Of a stretch of 64,000 nucleotides of DNA, positions 11,454 through 24,745 are shown piece after piece (within the stretch, counting starts at the first letter, position 1; each line of letters opens with the position of its first letter). The notes below the pieces were generated by a model. The model saw only the letters and a program-made list of their open reading frames with translations, was not told the DNA's origin and did not search any database. A program made the position numbers and the translations under genes. This stretch comes from Octopus sinensis (taxonomy: Eukaryota): the NCBI RefSeq assembly GCF_006345805.1, contig NC_043000.1:102362001-102426000 (forward strand), given 5' to 3'.

Positions 11454-11637
11454 GGTATTTCGTCTGCCGTTATGTTGTGAGTTCAAATTCCGCCGAGGTC
11501 GACTTTGCCTTTCATCCTTTTGGGGTCGATAAATTAAGCACCAGTTACGCACTGGGGTCGATGTAATCGACTTAATACTTATGTCTGTCCTTGTTTGTCC
11601 CCTCTGTGTTTAGCCCCTTGTGGGTAATAAAGAAATA
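11454..11637 (+). mobile_element. Chimeric S1-SINE body plus Tx1-like tail, single unit
   Basis: ggtatttcgtc...S1 body...atcgacttaa followed by tacttatgtctgtccttgtttgtcccctctgtgtttagccccttgtgggtAATAAAgaaata; the next bases are ggtat. Confidence 0.8.
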
Positions 11638-11651
11638 GGTATATATATATC

Positions 11652-11682
<31 letters not shown>

Positions 11683-11684
11683 TA

Positions 11685-11724
<40 letters not shown>

Positions 11725-11774
11725 CTGTGTGTGTGTGCATGTATGAATATATCTATATACATACACACACACGC

Positions 11775-11805
<31 letters not shown>

Positions 11806-14094
11806 ATATATTATATATATATATATATATATATCAAAGCTTGGAAAGAACTCTTTTTAAGTCAGTGGGATTGATCATCCACTGCTGCCAGATACATCTG
11901 AATAATAATAAAAAATATGAAGTAATTGAAACTCTCCTACTTGCATGGGAAAATAATATTCATTGATAGATTGGTGTAGACGGAATGTTTTTTTATGCGA
12001 AGTTGTTATGATTAACACGCATATCTGCTTTAAAGGTAGTACTGGTGTCAGTGAAGAGAAGTAACAAAAATAATTGGTTGCTTATATACACCACCAAGAA
12101 AACAGTAAATAAACTGTGTGCGCTAATGTATGTGTGAGATAGAGATAGGGGTAGAGAGAAATTGTTTTCGTAAAAAAAACCTTGAATGAGACAAATGTAC
12201 ATTTAGTTCTCTCTACATGTGGTTGTCAAAGCATTGGAAAATGTTAATCATTGTTATGTATACTTGTTGATGTCAACATGAACGAAGAAGAAATTACTCA
12301 AAAGCGTGAATATAAGAAGAGATATCTAGGTAACAAAGCACAGCTGATACATAGCATGTTATCGATTATACTTCAGTTGTTTGTCATTTATAGAATGTGC
12401 AGTGCGTTCGATTGAAGGATGATGCTAAATTTCGTCTGCTTGTGAATAACGGAATTGTGAGCTTACTTCTGTTAGGAAATGTGAAATAAAATTTAAAAGG
12501 ACGAAATTCATACATGCATACACACATACATACACACGTTCACACGCACACACAAAAGTAGGTAGGATCGTGTAGGGATCCAAAGCATTTTCATAAGTTT
12601 GTCTTTTACATCTATGCTTGTTTTCAGAATTTTTAGGTAGCTCTTGTTCCAGTCGTTCTGAATAATATAATGCTTTTCTTTTATAAGACCTGACTTATTC
12701 AGGTTATTGAAAAAAAATTAGGAATGTGTATGATATATGATATATGGTATAATATATGATATATGTACGCCAAGGAGATATATCCTGAGTATCACGTGAT
12801 ATACAGGAGAGGCAAAGGTGTAAATAATTTCTTTCAACATACAGTGTAAAGGAGTTATTTCACTAACCAAGGAAGTTTGTTACATAGAATGTCGACTTCT
12901 TAACTTCAACGAATTCTGTTTTAGAAATTGTATATAGAAGGTTCGTTTTCAAGCTGTATGAAATAACCTCCATAGTTTTTCAAATGAATGAGTTATTTGA
13001 TGTGTGGTGAAAAACAAATCGGAGATGCTTTGCCCCACGCAGAAACTGTAGGAACAACTGAGAGGTATTGCAAGTTCTTCTTCCAGATCCATCGCAATGT
13101 CAGAGATACTTCTGCATCCTTAGCAGGCATCTCAGGATCACAAACATTTCGTCCCTGAGCCTGTACGCTTTGCCTGAGTTCGATAGCAAGGACTGAATTA
13201 GTCTTCACTTAGGGAAGGGCTTGACCTGCAGTCTTTTGTCAACCACAACCACCTTCAGCTGGTTTCAGTTGCCATGAATATTTCCTTGGTAGCTTTCTTC
13301 ACTTGTTTGGGTTCCAGACCAGTTCTATGCAGGTAACACTGTACTGATACAGCTGAAAGCCGCAGCAGCCACCTTCAACAGGAAATGTTATTTACCCTCA
13401 CTCAGCCCAGATCGAAAATATCTATGATGAAAGACACTTCAGTTGTAGCTATCTTGTATGTCTGTGTATCAAGAACTACATTACCTTCTGTTTCGACTTT
13501 TACTTTTTTTAAGAGAATGTAATTGCTATTTCTAGCAGATCAAATCAAGTGACAAGATAAATGCCGCTCCTCGTTTGCTCGATTTTCTTCTCTCATCACC
13601 GCTGCAAGCAGCGACTCCACAGTTACACAACAATACATCAAAACAAAACAAAAGAATTCTTTAAAAAAAATGAACCATTAACATCTTGTTATTGAGCTTA
13701 AATCTCTGGAGAATGGTATTCTCCGGTGGCTATGGAACTTTGAAACATTGGCGCATTTACGATCCATTAGAAGTTTCTATGGTTGTATGCAAGGAAAAAA
13801 AATTGACATGATGGGTGATAGAAAAAAAGAAATAGAATCAATGTCTGGAAAAAAAAATTCATTTTGTTCCAAAATAGATTTAAATAAAAAGAGTTGTTTT
13901 TATTTAATTCAAATTCTCAAAAGGAAACAAAACAATCTGGTGTTATAAGTGTGAATAATTTATCTGTTCTTATGTTTAGAGAGTAAACAGATATGTCTGT
14001 TTGTATTTTGTTGCTGTTGTTCTTCTTGTTGCTACTGCTATGGTCGTTTTTTCTTACTATTGTTCTTTGTTCATCATGAGACACGACAGTTGAA

Positions 14095-14420
14095 TGGAGA
14101 TGATGATGATGAGGTTGTGGAGGAGGAAGAATCGGTGGTTGCGGCGGCGGTGGCGGTGGTGGTGGTGGTGGTGGTGGTGGTGCTGCTGCTGCTGGTCGAC
14201 GTGTTCGTATGGATGTTGAGGCGGAAAAAGAAATGTTTTAAGAGGACGGTGAGGAAAAGGAACTTCACTATCATGATTTTTCTCCATGCACCTCTTCTAC
14301 CTCCTTTTCTTCTCCTCGTCCTGTTTCTCCTCCTCCTCCTCCTCCTTCTCATCATCATCATCATCACTACCATCCTTTCTACTATCATCACCATCATCCT
14401 TATTCTCACCATCTCGTCGA
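14095..14420. repeat. Compound trinucleotide repeats (GAT/GGA/GGT/GCT, then TCC/TCA/CCA)
   Basis: Direct reading; gives homopolymer ORFs on both strands. Confidence 0.9.
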
Positions 14421-15727
14421 GGATGTCTTTTACGTCGTTTCCCGAGGTGCTGGAAATACCTGCCAAATACTTTTTTTTTAATGGAAAGAATTGTTTAAAA
14501 AATGACGGACTGGTTACGGCTAAACTATCTTTTGATCTCACGGTTCCTTGTTGACTTGGGGTTAAACATCGACTTTAGCGCGAAGTTGTCTTCGTTGTAT
14601 AATTAAAATTATACTGCACTAATGAGAGTTAATCAAACGAAGACAAGAAAAAAGGCAGTTCTTTTGAAACAACCAACTGAAAATACAATGATATTGTCTA
14701 CGTTGTTATTTAACCCTATTTTAACCCATGACTGAGCAGGCTGATAATCAAAGGTGTTCCAGCCATGACCAGTCTGTCTACCGGTGTGTATAATTAAAGA
14801 GAAATGTATCTGCTGTTTTAACTAAGTTGAGTTACATGGTTACTCAACTTGCTTAAAACAGCAGACAAATTTCCATGGTTGGGTTGACTATTATGAATTA
14901 ATTATCTAAATAGGGACGGTTGGTGGATTGCCATAATCGTTAGACCTGACTTTATAGACCTTTAATCAAAAGTCATCATCCGCCTTCTTTGATAATGTGT
15001 AATTAAAGGGAAATTTGTCTGCTGTTTCTAGCGTGATGGTTGACCACATCACTGCTCCACAGCCTGGCTCGGCTATTATTAAGTAGGATGATATGTCCAG
15101 CATTATGACGACCTACCTTCGTCATCTGCGTGACTGGTCCGTACGGCGTATCTCGGCGACTGTATTTCCTTTATTCGGCACGCAGGCCGTATCACAGAGA
15201 GGACAGCACAAGGACAGACAAAATACCACAATGGGGACAAGAAACACAGAACGAACGAATGAAAGATGGATAACAATGAGGAAGAAATGGCTTGTCTGCT
15301 TCCCACTCGCAGGAGTATCATTTAAATGTTTTTCGTTTAACGTTTATGAATCAGTTCTTTTACTCCTCTTTTTTCCCCCTTTTGCATCTGTTTTTAGTCA
15401 TTTAAAAAATTTTAAACATTTACTTACTTTTTTTAATATTTTTACCATTTTATGTACGGCAACATGTCGTCGTACTTTGGCGGCAAGTCGTCAAACTCGA
15501 CACGCCTTCCGTTGGGTCTATCTTCTTTCCGAATAGTTCTCGTAGTTTTTCACATCTCTCGTCGTCAATAACAATTGCTGTGGTGCTCTCTGGATAGTAT
15601 TCTGTCGTTAGTTTTACTCTTATAACTGATTTCATTTTTGTGATTTTCTTCTCTATCTCTGTACTTTTCGCATATGTTACCATATGCCCTTTATGTTTTG
15701 GTTCTTTTTTATTAGTTTGTTTCTGTA

Positions 15728-16106
15728 GACCCACTTATTTTCCTCATGTGGAGTAGCTCATCCCGCTTAAAAAGGTCCCTGAATAATGGTTGTTTAAGGA
15801 TGTTGAACAAACCAACTATGTTTCCAGAGGTGAATTATCCAAGCGCCAGAGAATTCCTCTCAACAAGTGGCCATGATGCTACTCCACTACTTCTGCTTGT
15901 GATCAGAGAGGCACATATCATCAGCCACTAAGGGACATGTTCTACTGGTTAAGGTCAAACAACTGACATGCAAATCTGTGGTATTGAGCAGAATATTTGC
16001 TGCAGCCCATCTTTGATACCAAGACAAAACGATGTACGTGATAACACTTCCAATCATTTAAGATCAGAAGCCATGAGAGCCACTTTCTGGTACTGCATCA
16101 GAGCAT
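15728..16106 (-). mobile_element. Non-coding (TAA)n-associated element, partial copy
   Basis: Reverse complement aligns with 34878-35240 (atgc.ctgatgcagtaccag..agtggctctc...); abuts (ATT)n at 16107-16205. Confidence 0.8.
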
Positions 16107-16140
16107 ATTATTATCATCATCATCATTATTATTATTATTA

Positions 16141-16191
<51 letters not shown>

Positions 16192-16235
16192 CATTATTAT
16201 TATTGGGGTAATGATCCTCTCAAGACAACCAGATT

Positions 16236-16640
16236 AATAATATTCCTTTCTACTAGTGGTACAAAGCCTGAAATTTTGGTGGGAGAGGGACATCAACTCC
16301 AGTGATCAACTGGTAATTATTTTATCGACATCGAGAGGCAAAGTCGACCTCGGCATAGTTTGAACTTAGATCATCATAAGTCTGAAGAAATGCCTTCAGC
16401 ATTTTCTCCAGCGTGCAAACGATTCTGTCAACTCCCCACCTTAACACTAATAATAGTAATGGTTTCAAAGTTCGACACAATGCCAGCAATTTCGAGAAAG
16501 TGGTTAAGTCGATTACATCAACCCCAGTGTTCAAGTGCTAGTTGTTTCATCGACCCCGAGAAAATGAAAAGCAGTGTCGACCTCAGCGGAATTTGATCTC
16601 AAAACGTAAAGACGAATAGACTGCCGCTAAACAAGGTCAC
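16236..16640 (-). mobile_element. Two tandem decayed S1 SINE copies
   Basis: Two occurrences of gtcgacctc.gc.gaatttga.ct with flanking S1 motifs. Confidence 0.7.
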
Positions 16641-16804
16641 GATGCCTAAATAGACGCAGGTACAAGAGCCGCCAACTCTAAGGAAGACTTAGATCACTGG
16701 AGGTGATGTAATTGACAATCCCTCTCCCACCAAAATGTCAGGCCTTGTGCCTTTAGTAGAAAATAATATTAATTATTTTGTTGTCTTGAGAGGATATTTA
16801 CGCC

Positions 16805-16863
<59 letters not shown>

Positions 16864-16865
<2 letters not shown>

Positions 16866-17460
16866 TCAAAACCGCTGACAAATTGTATAAACAACATCCT
16901 GAAGTTGTATCTGATGAAGAAAAGGTGTCGATTCTATGGGACTTGCCTGTACATACCGACAAAACTATAAAAACTAATAAACCGGATATTATTATAAAAG
17001 ATCAGACAAAAAGCATGTGTTTATTAATTGACATGAGTATTCCTTGCGATCACAATATAGCGGCGAAAGAATTTGACAAGATTAGTAAATATAAAGACTT
17101 GCTAATAGAAATTGAAAAAATATGGCATCTCAAGGCGACTACAATACCAGTGATTGTAGGAGCTCTAGGAATGATTAAAAGAAAGGTACTGAAACCTATT
17201 TGAAAATTATACCAGGCTTAACATCCCTACAGGAAGTGCAAAAAATCGTGTTAACTGGAACGGCTCATGTACTGGGAAGAGCACTATTGCAGTGAAAACA
17301 ACATCCATTCATGAATTTATTTATTTATTCATTTTTTAAATGCATATTTTACCAGTGAATTGCGTGTGTAATCTGGGAATGCATGCAATGAGCTTCTCTG
17401 CCCTAGGTGAACGAAAAACACTAGGCGAGAAATGGAAGAAAATTTGAAGAAAGAAGGAAA
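16864..17460 (+). mobile_element. R4/Dong-like LINE 3' fragment (RLE domain plus 3' UTR), lineage A
   Basis: ILWDLPVHTDKTIKTNKPDIIIKD...CLLIDMSIPCD.NI..KEFDKISKYKDL.IEIEK.W (PD-(D/E)xK restriction-like endonuclease); (TAA)n at both ends. Confidence 0.9.
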
Positions 17461-18479
17461 AAATAATAATGATGATAATAATAATAATGATAATAATAAT
17501 AATAATAACAACAACAACAACAATAACAACAACAACAACAACAGCAGCAACAACAATAGCAATTTTGGCACAAGGCCAGAAATTTCCGGTGAGGAGCTAA
17601 ACTCCGAGAAAAAGAGGTCATTAGATACGAAACTCATATAGCTCCGAGGAAGAGAAACAATTGACGACCAATAACAGATAATTTTTGACCTAACTTGATA
17701 TTCAACTTGTATTTCCAGTAAGCATTAGTCCATTACTTGTATTGATTTAACCAACTGTACCCTTCTTCTAAAATAGGTGGCCTTGTGTGACTATAGGAAA
17801 TCATTAATGATTGATTTCTAAACTGCTTTGTTTTACTAAATGAAGAACAAGCTTAATTTTCACTGCAAACTTTAGTAGATTACTTCGATAATCAACATAA
17901 CACTAATACTTATTTTCTCAATCACAAAGGTTTGAAAGAAAAAAGTCCATTAGAGTTTCTTGTGTCACCTTCCAGTCAATACTATCTAGAAATGCTTTCC
18001 ATGGTTTCATTTAATTGCAGTTGGTTGCACGATTCGTGGAGTCAAACTAAATATTGTTTTCAGTTAAAATGTAAAAATCTTTGCTGTTGTTTAACCATTG
18101 ATTTTTGCTGATCGAACAAACGTGTGATGAAACGTGTTAACTGTAATCATGCATCATTAATTTCTCTGAAATTGTACGTAGAACTAGATTATCTAATGTG
18201 TAATATTTTTTTTTTAAATAGGGCGTAATTTGTAGCATATTTAGTATCTCTATTGGGTTCCTTCATTGGTTCTTCGGAATATGAAAAGTACACTGCAAGT
18301 GGACATATTGGTTCAGTTAATAAAAATGTGATTTGAGCGTTTTAGGCTCCTTTGTATTTCAGCTCATCGCTCTTGATGACATTGGAAAGTTGATTTTTTT
18401 TCTCTGTTATAGATGGAAGTAAAATTGATATTATGACGGTTTTCTTTTAATTTTTATTTTTCTACTTTCCAGAGACGTT

Positions 18480-19930
18480 GTGAGCTACGTAAACAAAATT
18501 ATAATGGCTTCATTTCGGAATCGGAATCAAAATGGTGTCGTTGACTCAGCGTGTAGCTCAGTTCTTGCTCTGCAATACTCTACACTTGATATTAGGATAC
18601 TGATTTATTTTTACTAATTCCCACCTATCAGCCAATTGTTCAAGCGCATTTTGCTTTGCTATTTATTTCACCTTTGCAACTACAGTTGCTGTACTTCCCT
18701 CATGTTGTTCAACTTGGGTATCATGCATGAAGTCGCTTGAAAATTTTTTGCTCTCCTTCATAACAGAATGAAGCTTCTTACGTCTTTCATGGTTTTCAAC
18801 GAACTTTAGCATCCAGATCTTTCAAGATATTTCGCCAGTCCAAATGTGGTGGTTTTGTAGATTGCAAATTGGATCAAGTCTCGACTTCCTTGAGCTCCGA
18901 GAAGGTAAAGACGATCTGCGTCTGCCTTTGGGTGGTGCATCTTATTGCAAGTCAGCAGCTTACGAATTTTCCTGTCAATCTTATTTCGCTCATATTCCAG
19001 TTCAAGGTCATTTTCCGCTGCGTGCTTGATCGCAGTTATTTCACTAAGTGCGAGTCTTTTATTTCTGAGGATATCTCTCCTGACATTTGCTAACTTGTTT
19101 TCATCCAAATATTGTCTGATGTCTTGATTTCTTGTTCTCCATATTCGATAAGAGTGTGCGGTGTGTTTTTCTTCAGATGGCCTGTCTAATGCATAGTAAT
19201 AGGCGTATATTACTTCCGTATACTCTTCTCGGGCTCATTTGATCCTCTTACATTTTTTTCTGTGGTGGGTGTGGTGGTGGATTTGGAGGGCTCGAGTTGG
19301 GGCAGTTCCCGTTCAAGTAACTATCCAGATTCGTATTTAGAGAAGTGTTTGTGCCAGTGGATGTCTTTTTGATCCCAGACTGACTCTCTCCTGGGGAATG
19401 CGCTTCCAGATTAACCATAGGACAAGCGATTTGGTGTACTGCTGTAGTTCTCCTTTGTATTTCGTTAGACATATTTTGTGCTACGTTAAAATTATTAGTA
19501 TTGAGCCCTGTATTGTGGCAGATGAAGAGGCCGTTGTTGTCTCTGCCATTATTGTCGACTCCACCATTAATACCGTTACAGTTACTTTAACCATGCTATT
19601 ACAGCATTGTTCATTGTTAGTTACCATCAACAGTGCCTTGACCTGTATAGTTGTGGCTAACCTTTATTTATTTAAATCTGTCACCTATGCTACTGCTACT
19701 GTGTGCTATTATTAAGTGTTTAGTTTTAACTTTTGTCTTGTACTTGAGATAATTATAAATATGTGAGGGTTGGAGGGAGTAGCAGGAGGAAGAGAAGCAG
19801 CTTGGTGAATAGACCAAATTCCACAGACCTGTAAATAGATTCGGCAGATGGTGAGGAGGTCAGTAATGGGCATTCTTGTGCGATAAGGAGACAAAAGAAG
19901 CCTCACACTCTTGGGGTCAGCAGAGGTCAA
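18480..19930 (-). mobile_element. R4/Dong-like element with RT domain deleted
   Basis: N-terminal motif REEYTEVIYAYYYALDRP...YRIWR.RN...YLDENKLANVRRDIL runs directly into post-RT IDRKIRKLLTCNKMHHPKADADRLY (ORF 18806-19108); the latter matches 38450-38590. Confidence 0.75.
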
Positions 19931-20056
19931 TGTGTATACTACTACTTTCGATCAATGAGAGCGCTGACCTTGGTCTTGAAAAGAACCAATTCACTTTGTT
20001 CTATTTTTAATTACTGATATAAAATGATGATGATAATAATAATATTAATAATAATA

Positions 20057-20113
<57 letters not shown>

Positions 20114-20114
<1 letters not shown>

Positions 20115-21173
20115 TATGTTTGACTTTTGCTTTATATTTGTACAAGTTGGCTCCAAGTCTCACCCAGAGACCTCAAGAGACAACAGGTTGGAAGTTCATG
20201 TTGTTATGCCTAGTGTGCCATATATTTGGGGGGGGGGGTTGTGTTGTGCTAATGAATGTCTAAAAAAAAATTTCCTTTTTCTTTTTTTTTTTTAAACCGA
20301 AAATTATGTTTGTTTTAAGCCTTGAGATTACATAGAAAGTATTTTGCGTAGGATATGAGCAGTTCCCATGAGCACTATCTTTTGAATTTCTGCCATTTTG
20401 GGGTTTCCCGGTATCTGAGTTAGGTAGCTATCAGCCCCTTTTGCTATCATTCCCAGGGCACCTATGACAACAGGTATTGTTTTAGTCTTCAGGTTCCACA
20501 TTTTGCTGATTTCTATTTCAAGATCTTTATATTTGCTCAGTTTTTGGTAGGTCTTGATAGATGCGTTTATATCGATTGGGACAGTCATATCAATGAGGAT
20601 GCATGTTCTTTGTTTGAAGTCTTTCAATATGATGTCTGGCCTATTTGCATCTATCTTTCTGTCAGTTTGAATGGGGAAGTTCCAGAGGAGTGAGATGTGG
20701 TCACTTTCAAGCACTGGGGGTGGTTTGTGTTCCCACCAGTTTTTTTCATGGGGCAAATCCAGGTTTTTGTGCAGCTCTATCGTGTCTGTTGAGATACTCT
20801 GTAGGAGCTAGAAGACTGCACTTGGAGACCACATGGTCAATGGTTTCATTTTGTTGCTGGCATACACGACACGTTGGACTGCTTCTGATCTTTAATATGT
20901 TGGCCTGGTAGTTTCTTGTTGGTAGGCATTGATCTTGAGCTGCTATGATAAACCCCTCTGTTTCAGATTTTAAGCCAGAGGCCATTAGCCATTGATGGGT
21001 CAGGGCTTTGTCAACATCTGCATTATTTGCTCTCTTTGGGTATTTGCCATAGAGAGGTTTTTCTTGCCATTTATCATTCAGAATATCTAAGGCCGCAGAT
21101 TTAGCACGGGTTTTCATGCGCTTAGCCTTTTCTGTGCCTGTTTCTTGTATGTCTATCTCTAATTCCAAAATTT
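20114..21173 (-). mobile_element. R4/Dong-like LINE 3' part (CCHC finger, RLE, 3' UTR), lineage B
   Basis: GLKSETEGFIIAAQDQ.L.TRNY...CRVC....ETIDHVVSKC..LA..EYL.RHD; NRPDIILKD...ILIDMTVP.D...KYKDLEIEISKMW; (ATT)n on both sides; 3' UTR matches 40742-40918. Confidence 0.92.
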
Positions 21174-21188
21174 GTTATTATTATGATT

Positions 21189-21265
<77 letters not shown>

Positions 21266-21786
21266 CACTGATGTTCACATCGCTGTATTTTTTAATTTCT
21301 GATTTTTTTTGTTTTGTTTTGTAATTTTTCTTTTCTTTTTATAAATTTTGCAGTGGTTCACAGTTTTTGTAATTGTGCAGTTTGTATAGATTGGTAGGTG
21401 ATTAACTCATTATATTTTTTATCGTGCATCTAATTGTGTTGTTGCAATAAAAAGTATATTGCATTAAATGGTAGTCAGGGAGAAACGAAAGGTAAATTTT
21501 TCACATAAAATTGTAGATATTAAAGTTTTTAAATTTTCTAGAAATGATCGTTTGTATGTCCGATCAGAGAAGACTGTAGTGTTTTTGCAATAAAAAGGAT
21601 GTTTACATTTTCGAATACTCAGGGAGAAAAGAAAAGATAGGTGTTCAAAGAAGTTATAGATATTCCAGTCTTTGAGACTTACTTCTTCAGTTGTTCTGCT
21701 GGGTTATATTAGTGTTTCTGTGTCTTCAGCTGCTGACTGGTCAGAGCAGCGCAGAACACGTCCTGCTGTCAAGGCTGGCGCTCTCT

Positions 21787-21866
<80 letters not shown>

Positions 21867-21872
21867 TAAAAA

Positions 21873-21929
21873 AGTGAGAGAGCAGTGCATGCGATCAAAG
21901 TGACACTGGGGTAAAATATACGAAGCCCA
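21873..21929 (-). mobile_element. 57-bp 3'-terminal fragment of the (TAA)n-associated element
   Basis: Reverse complement of gggct..tatattt.accccagtgtcactttgat.gcatgcactgctctctcact (35373-35428); (ATT)n on both sides. Confidence 0.8.
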
Positions 21930-22559
21930 ATTATTATTATTATTATTTATTATCATTGGCGCATCAGCAGATCGTTAAAGTGCAAGAAATATACCTTGTA
22001 GTATTTGTTCAGCACGTTACATGTTGAGGTTAATTTTGCCTTTCATCTTTTAGGGTCCCGATAAAATAAAGTACCAGTCAAGTGTTGGCGGTCAGTGTAA
22101 TCGACTTGAAAATTGCTGGCCTTGTGCCAAAATTAGGAAGAATTGTGATTATTACAATCGTATTTTGACGAGAGTGGATATTTTCTTTTACTCTTGCCAT
22201 AACTTTTGAATTTACTAGATTTTCTAAGGAATTGATTGTTTATTTTTTTCATGCCGCGCTACATAAATTTATTCACAAGACAAGTTGAAAATTTATATAA
22301 TTATTTTACCCCGCAAACAGAATGAAAAATAATTAAACGAATTCTCAGAAAGGAAAACATTTTCACAGACAAGAAACAGAAATGCATAAATTATCAAAAG
22401 ATCTAAATTTTTTCACGAATACTAAACAAAAATTGCCTCTAACAAAAGATGTTTTTGAATATGGACAAAGCTGAAACTGAGACAGTGTCGTAACAAAATT
22501 ATGTTCCCTTAATATTCGGTCTCCGTGACTGAAGAAATTTCTCAAGAGTAGGTAAATTA

Positions 22560-23150
22560 TAGTTAATTTATCTTACTTTCTCGAAGGGAGGAAAGCTATC
22601 GCTGTTTCCTTGAAAGATCAATTAAGGGAACATTTAGTTGATGTCCGGACCATCACCTTGACTATCAGCCGGAAAAACCTTACCCTCTATCTGACTGTGA
22701 ACGAAGTCCAATATTAGCTGAAAGCAGTGCACAAATTTTCTGCTAAGCTTTAATCCCAGTACAAAACCAGTGTGAAACAAAGGGGTGAGTCAGGGTTACT
22801 GGTAATGATATTGAAACCCGGCTCATTGTCATCTTTCAATGTGGACAGATGGGATACGCAGAGATCACGAAAAACACGTCATTGGGAGAGGTCAGCATGG
22901 ACTTGTAAGATCATATGACCCCCTCAGGATTACAGGAATATGTCAAGGCTATGTCCCATTGCAGGTACAAAGACAGAGACAATACGGGGAATAAAGCCCA
23001 GTTGCTATACTTATAAAAGCAAGAGCTATATGAAAGTATTTTCTCTCATGGAGTAAGAAAGGCGGAGAAAAACAGTGACTGGCAACAAGTAGTTTTCCAA
23101 CAGCACCGCCGATCGAAACTCCGGAAATGATAGAAGAGGAAATTTACCTA
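22560..23150 (+). mobile_element. Highly decayed L1/Tx1-like ORF1 remnant
   Basis: IRGIKPSCYTYKSKSYM resembles VEGRKPRCYRCGQ.NHL at ~44600; upstream IETRLIVIF resembles the same ORF1 region. Many stops. Confidence 0.4.
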
Positions 23151-23699
23151 TGCTCTGTCACAAAAGTGGGAGATACCGAAGCCTTTCTACCTAACAGCAA
23201 CATCCCATCAACTTGCGAGGATGATAACTAAAATGAGATTCATGGAGATTAGCAGACATTTGCAAAAAGTAAAAAGAAAAAGAAGAGAAACAAAATAGCA
23301 AAATAGCTAGTAGATTAAAAAGTTTCTGGCAGTTTGGACAACCTTTGAGAATTGTGCAAGCTTATTGCTACCAGGAGCGGCAACAACGGACTGTTAATTA
23401 TTGTGTTGTTATGAGTTATGATATAATCAACTCTTCTATATGCAGGTAGACCAGATTTTAGTGGTTGACTCCGAGAATGTATGAACGTGTTACACATTTT
23501 TGTCAAAATGTGAAAGAGAAAAGTCGTTAAAGATTCTTCTGGCGATCCTACAAAAGCAATAAAATAAACGTTGGAGGAGAAGAGCCATGGGGTGCTCTGA
23601 TTCAAGGCTGACGGAGACTGACAGATTGTTATCCACTCGTGTATGGGTAACAATCAGTGCCTCTGTAGATAACCGGAAAGGTTATCCACGCTTTAATAT

Positions 23700-24150
23700 C
23701 TTGTGCTAAGGCAGCGTTTGACAGAATCGTTAGCGCGTTGGACATAATGCTTAGCGGCATTTTGTCCGTTTTTACGTTCTGAGTTCAATTTCTGCCGAAG
23801 TTGATTTTGGATTTCATCTTTTTGATTCGATAACATAAGTACCAGTTAAGCGTTGGGGGTCGATGTAATTGACTTGTCCCCGCCCTCAAAATTCTTAGCT
23901 TTGTGTCAATATTTGAAACCAATATTAAGTAAGTGGGTAAGACGGCAAGCTAGAAAAATCATTCCCACACCAGACAAAATGCTTTGTCCGTCTTTATGTT
24001 CTGAGTTCAAATTATGCCAAGGTTCACTTTACCTTTCATCGCCTAGGGATCTATAAAACAAGTACCAGTTGATTACTGGAGTCGATGTAATCGAATTACA
24101 TACTTCCTCCGAAACAGGTGGCCTTCGTACCAAAATTCGAAGCCAATATA
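23700..24150 (+). mobile_element. Two tandem S1 SINE copies
   Basis: Heads at ~23708 and ~23940, each with B box gagttcaa and the ggggtcgatgtaat tail motif. Confidence 0.8.
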
Positions 24151-24502
24151 TCACACTGAGATACATATACGAAACAAAGTATATAAAACACTTTAAATGT
24201 AACCGAAATAAATTATACAAAGCAAAATTTATCAATACAACTTATATGTCACGTAAATGGAAAACGACACGTATTTATACATAAAACGAAATACGTTTAT
24301 ATACTTTAAATGCAAACGAAATTTATTTAAATCCAAATACACGTGTATCTGATGTACACACACACACAGCACACAGTAAACACACATATATATTTCTTTA
24401 CTCAGTAAACACACATATATTAAAGGCTTGACACCTTATCTCCCACGAGGGAAAATTCTCAAGTTTTTCTTGATAGTATTAATAAATAGCTTTTGGTAGT
24501 TT

Positions 24503-24710
24503 TTGGCTTCAAATTTTGGTACAATGGCAGCAAGCTTAGGAGAGCAGGTAAGTCGTTTACATCGATTCCAGTGTTCTAATGGTATTTAATTTATCGACTC
24601 CGAAAGGATGACAGATGAAGTCGCCCACGGTAGACTTTGAACTCAGGACGTAACGTAAAGATGGACGAAATACTACAAAGCACTAACGATTTCTGCCAGC
24701 TCGACTCCTT
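24503..24710 (-). mobile_element. S1 SINE
   Basis: ttggcttcaaattttggtacaa ... atcgactccgaaaggatga ... ctaacgatttctgccagctcg. Confidence 0.8.
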
Positions 24711-24745
24711 AAATTATTGGTAGTTATTAGAATTATAAATAGCAT

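Noticed and set aside
14060-14554. 164-aa and 155-aa ORFs with poly-V/L/I or poly-R/T/S
   Set aside because: Triplet-repeat artefacts, open on both strands.
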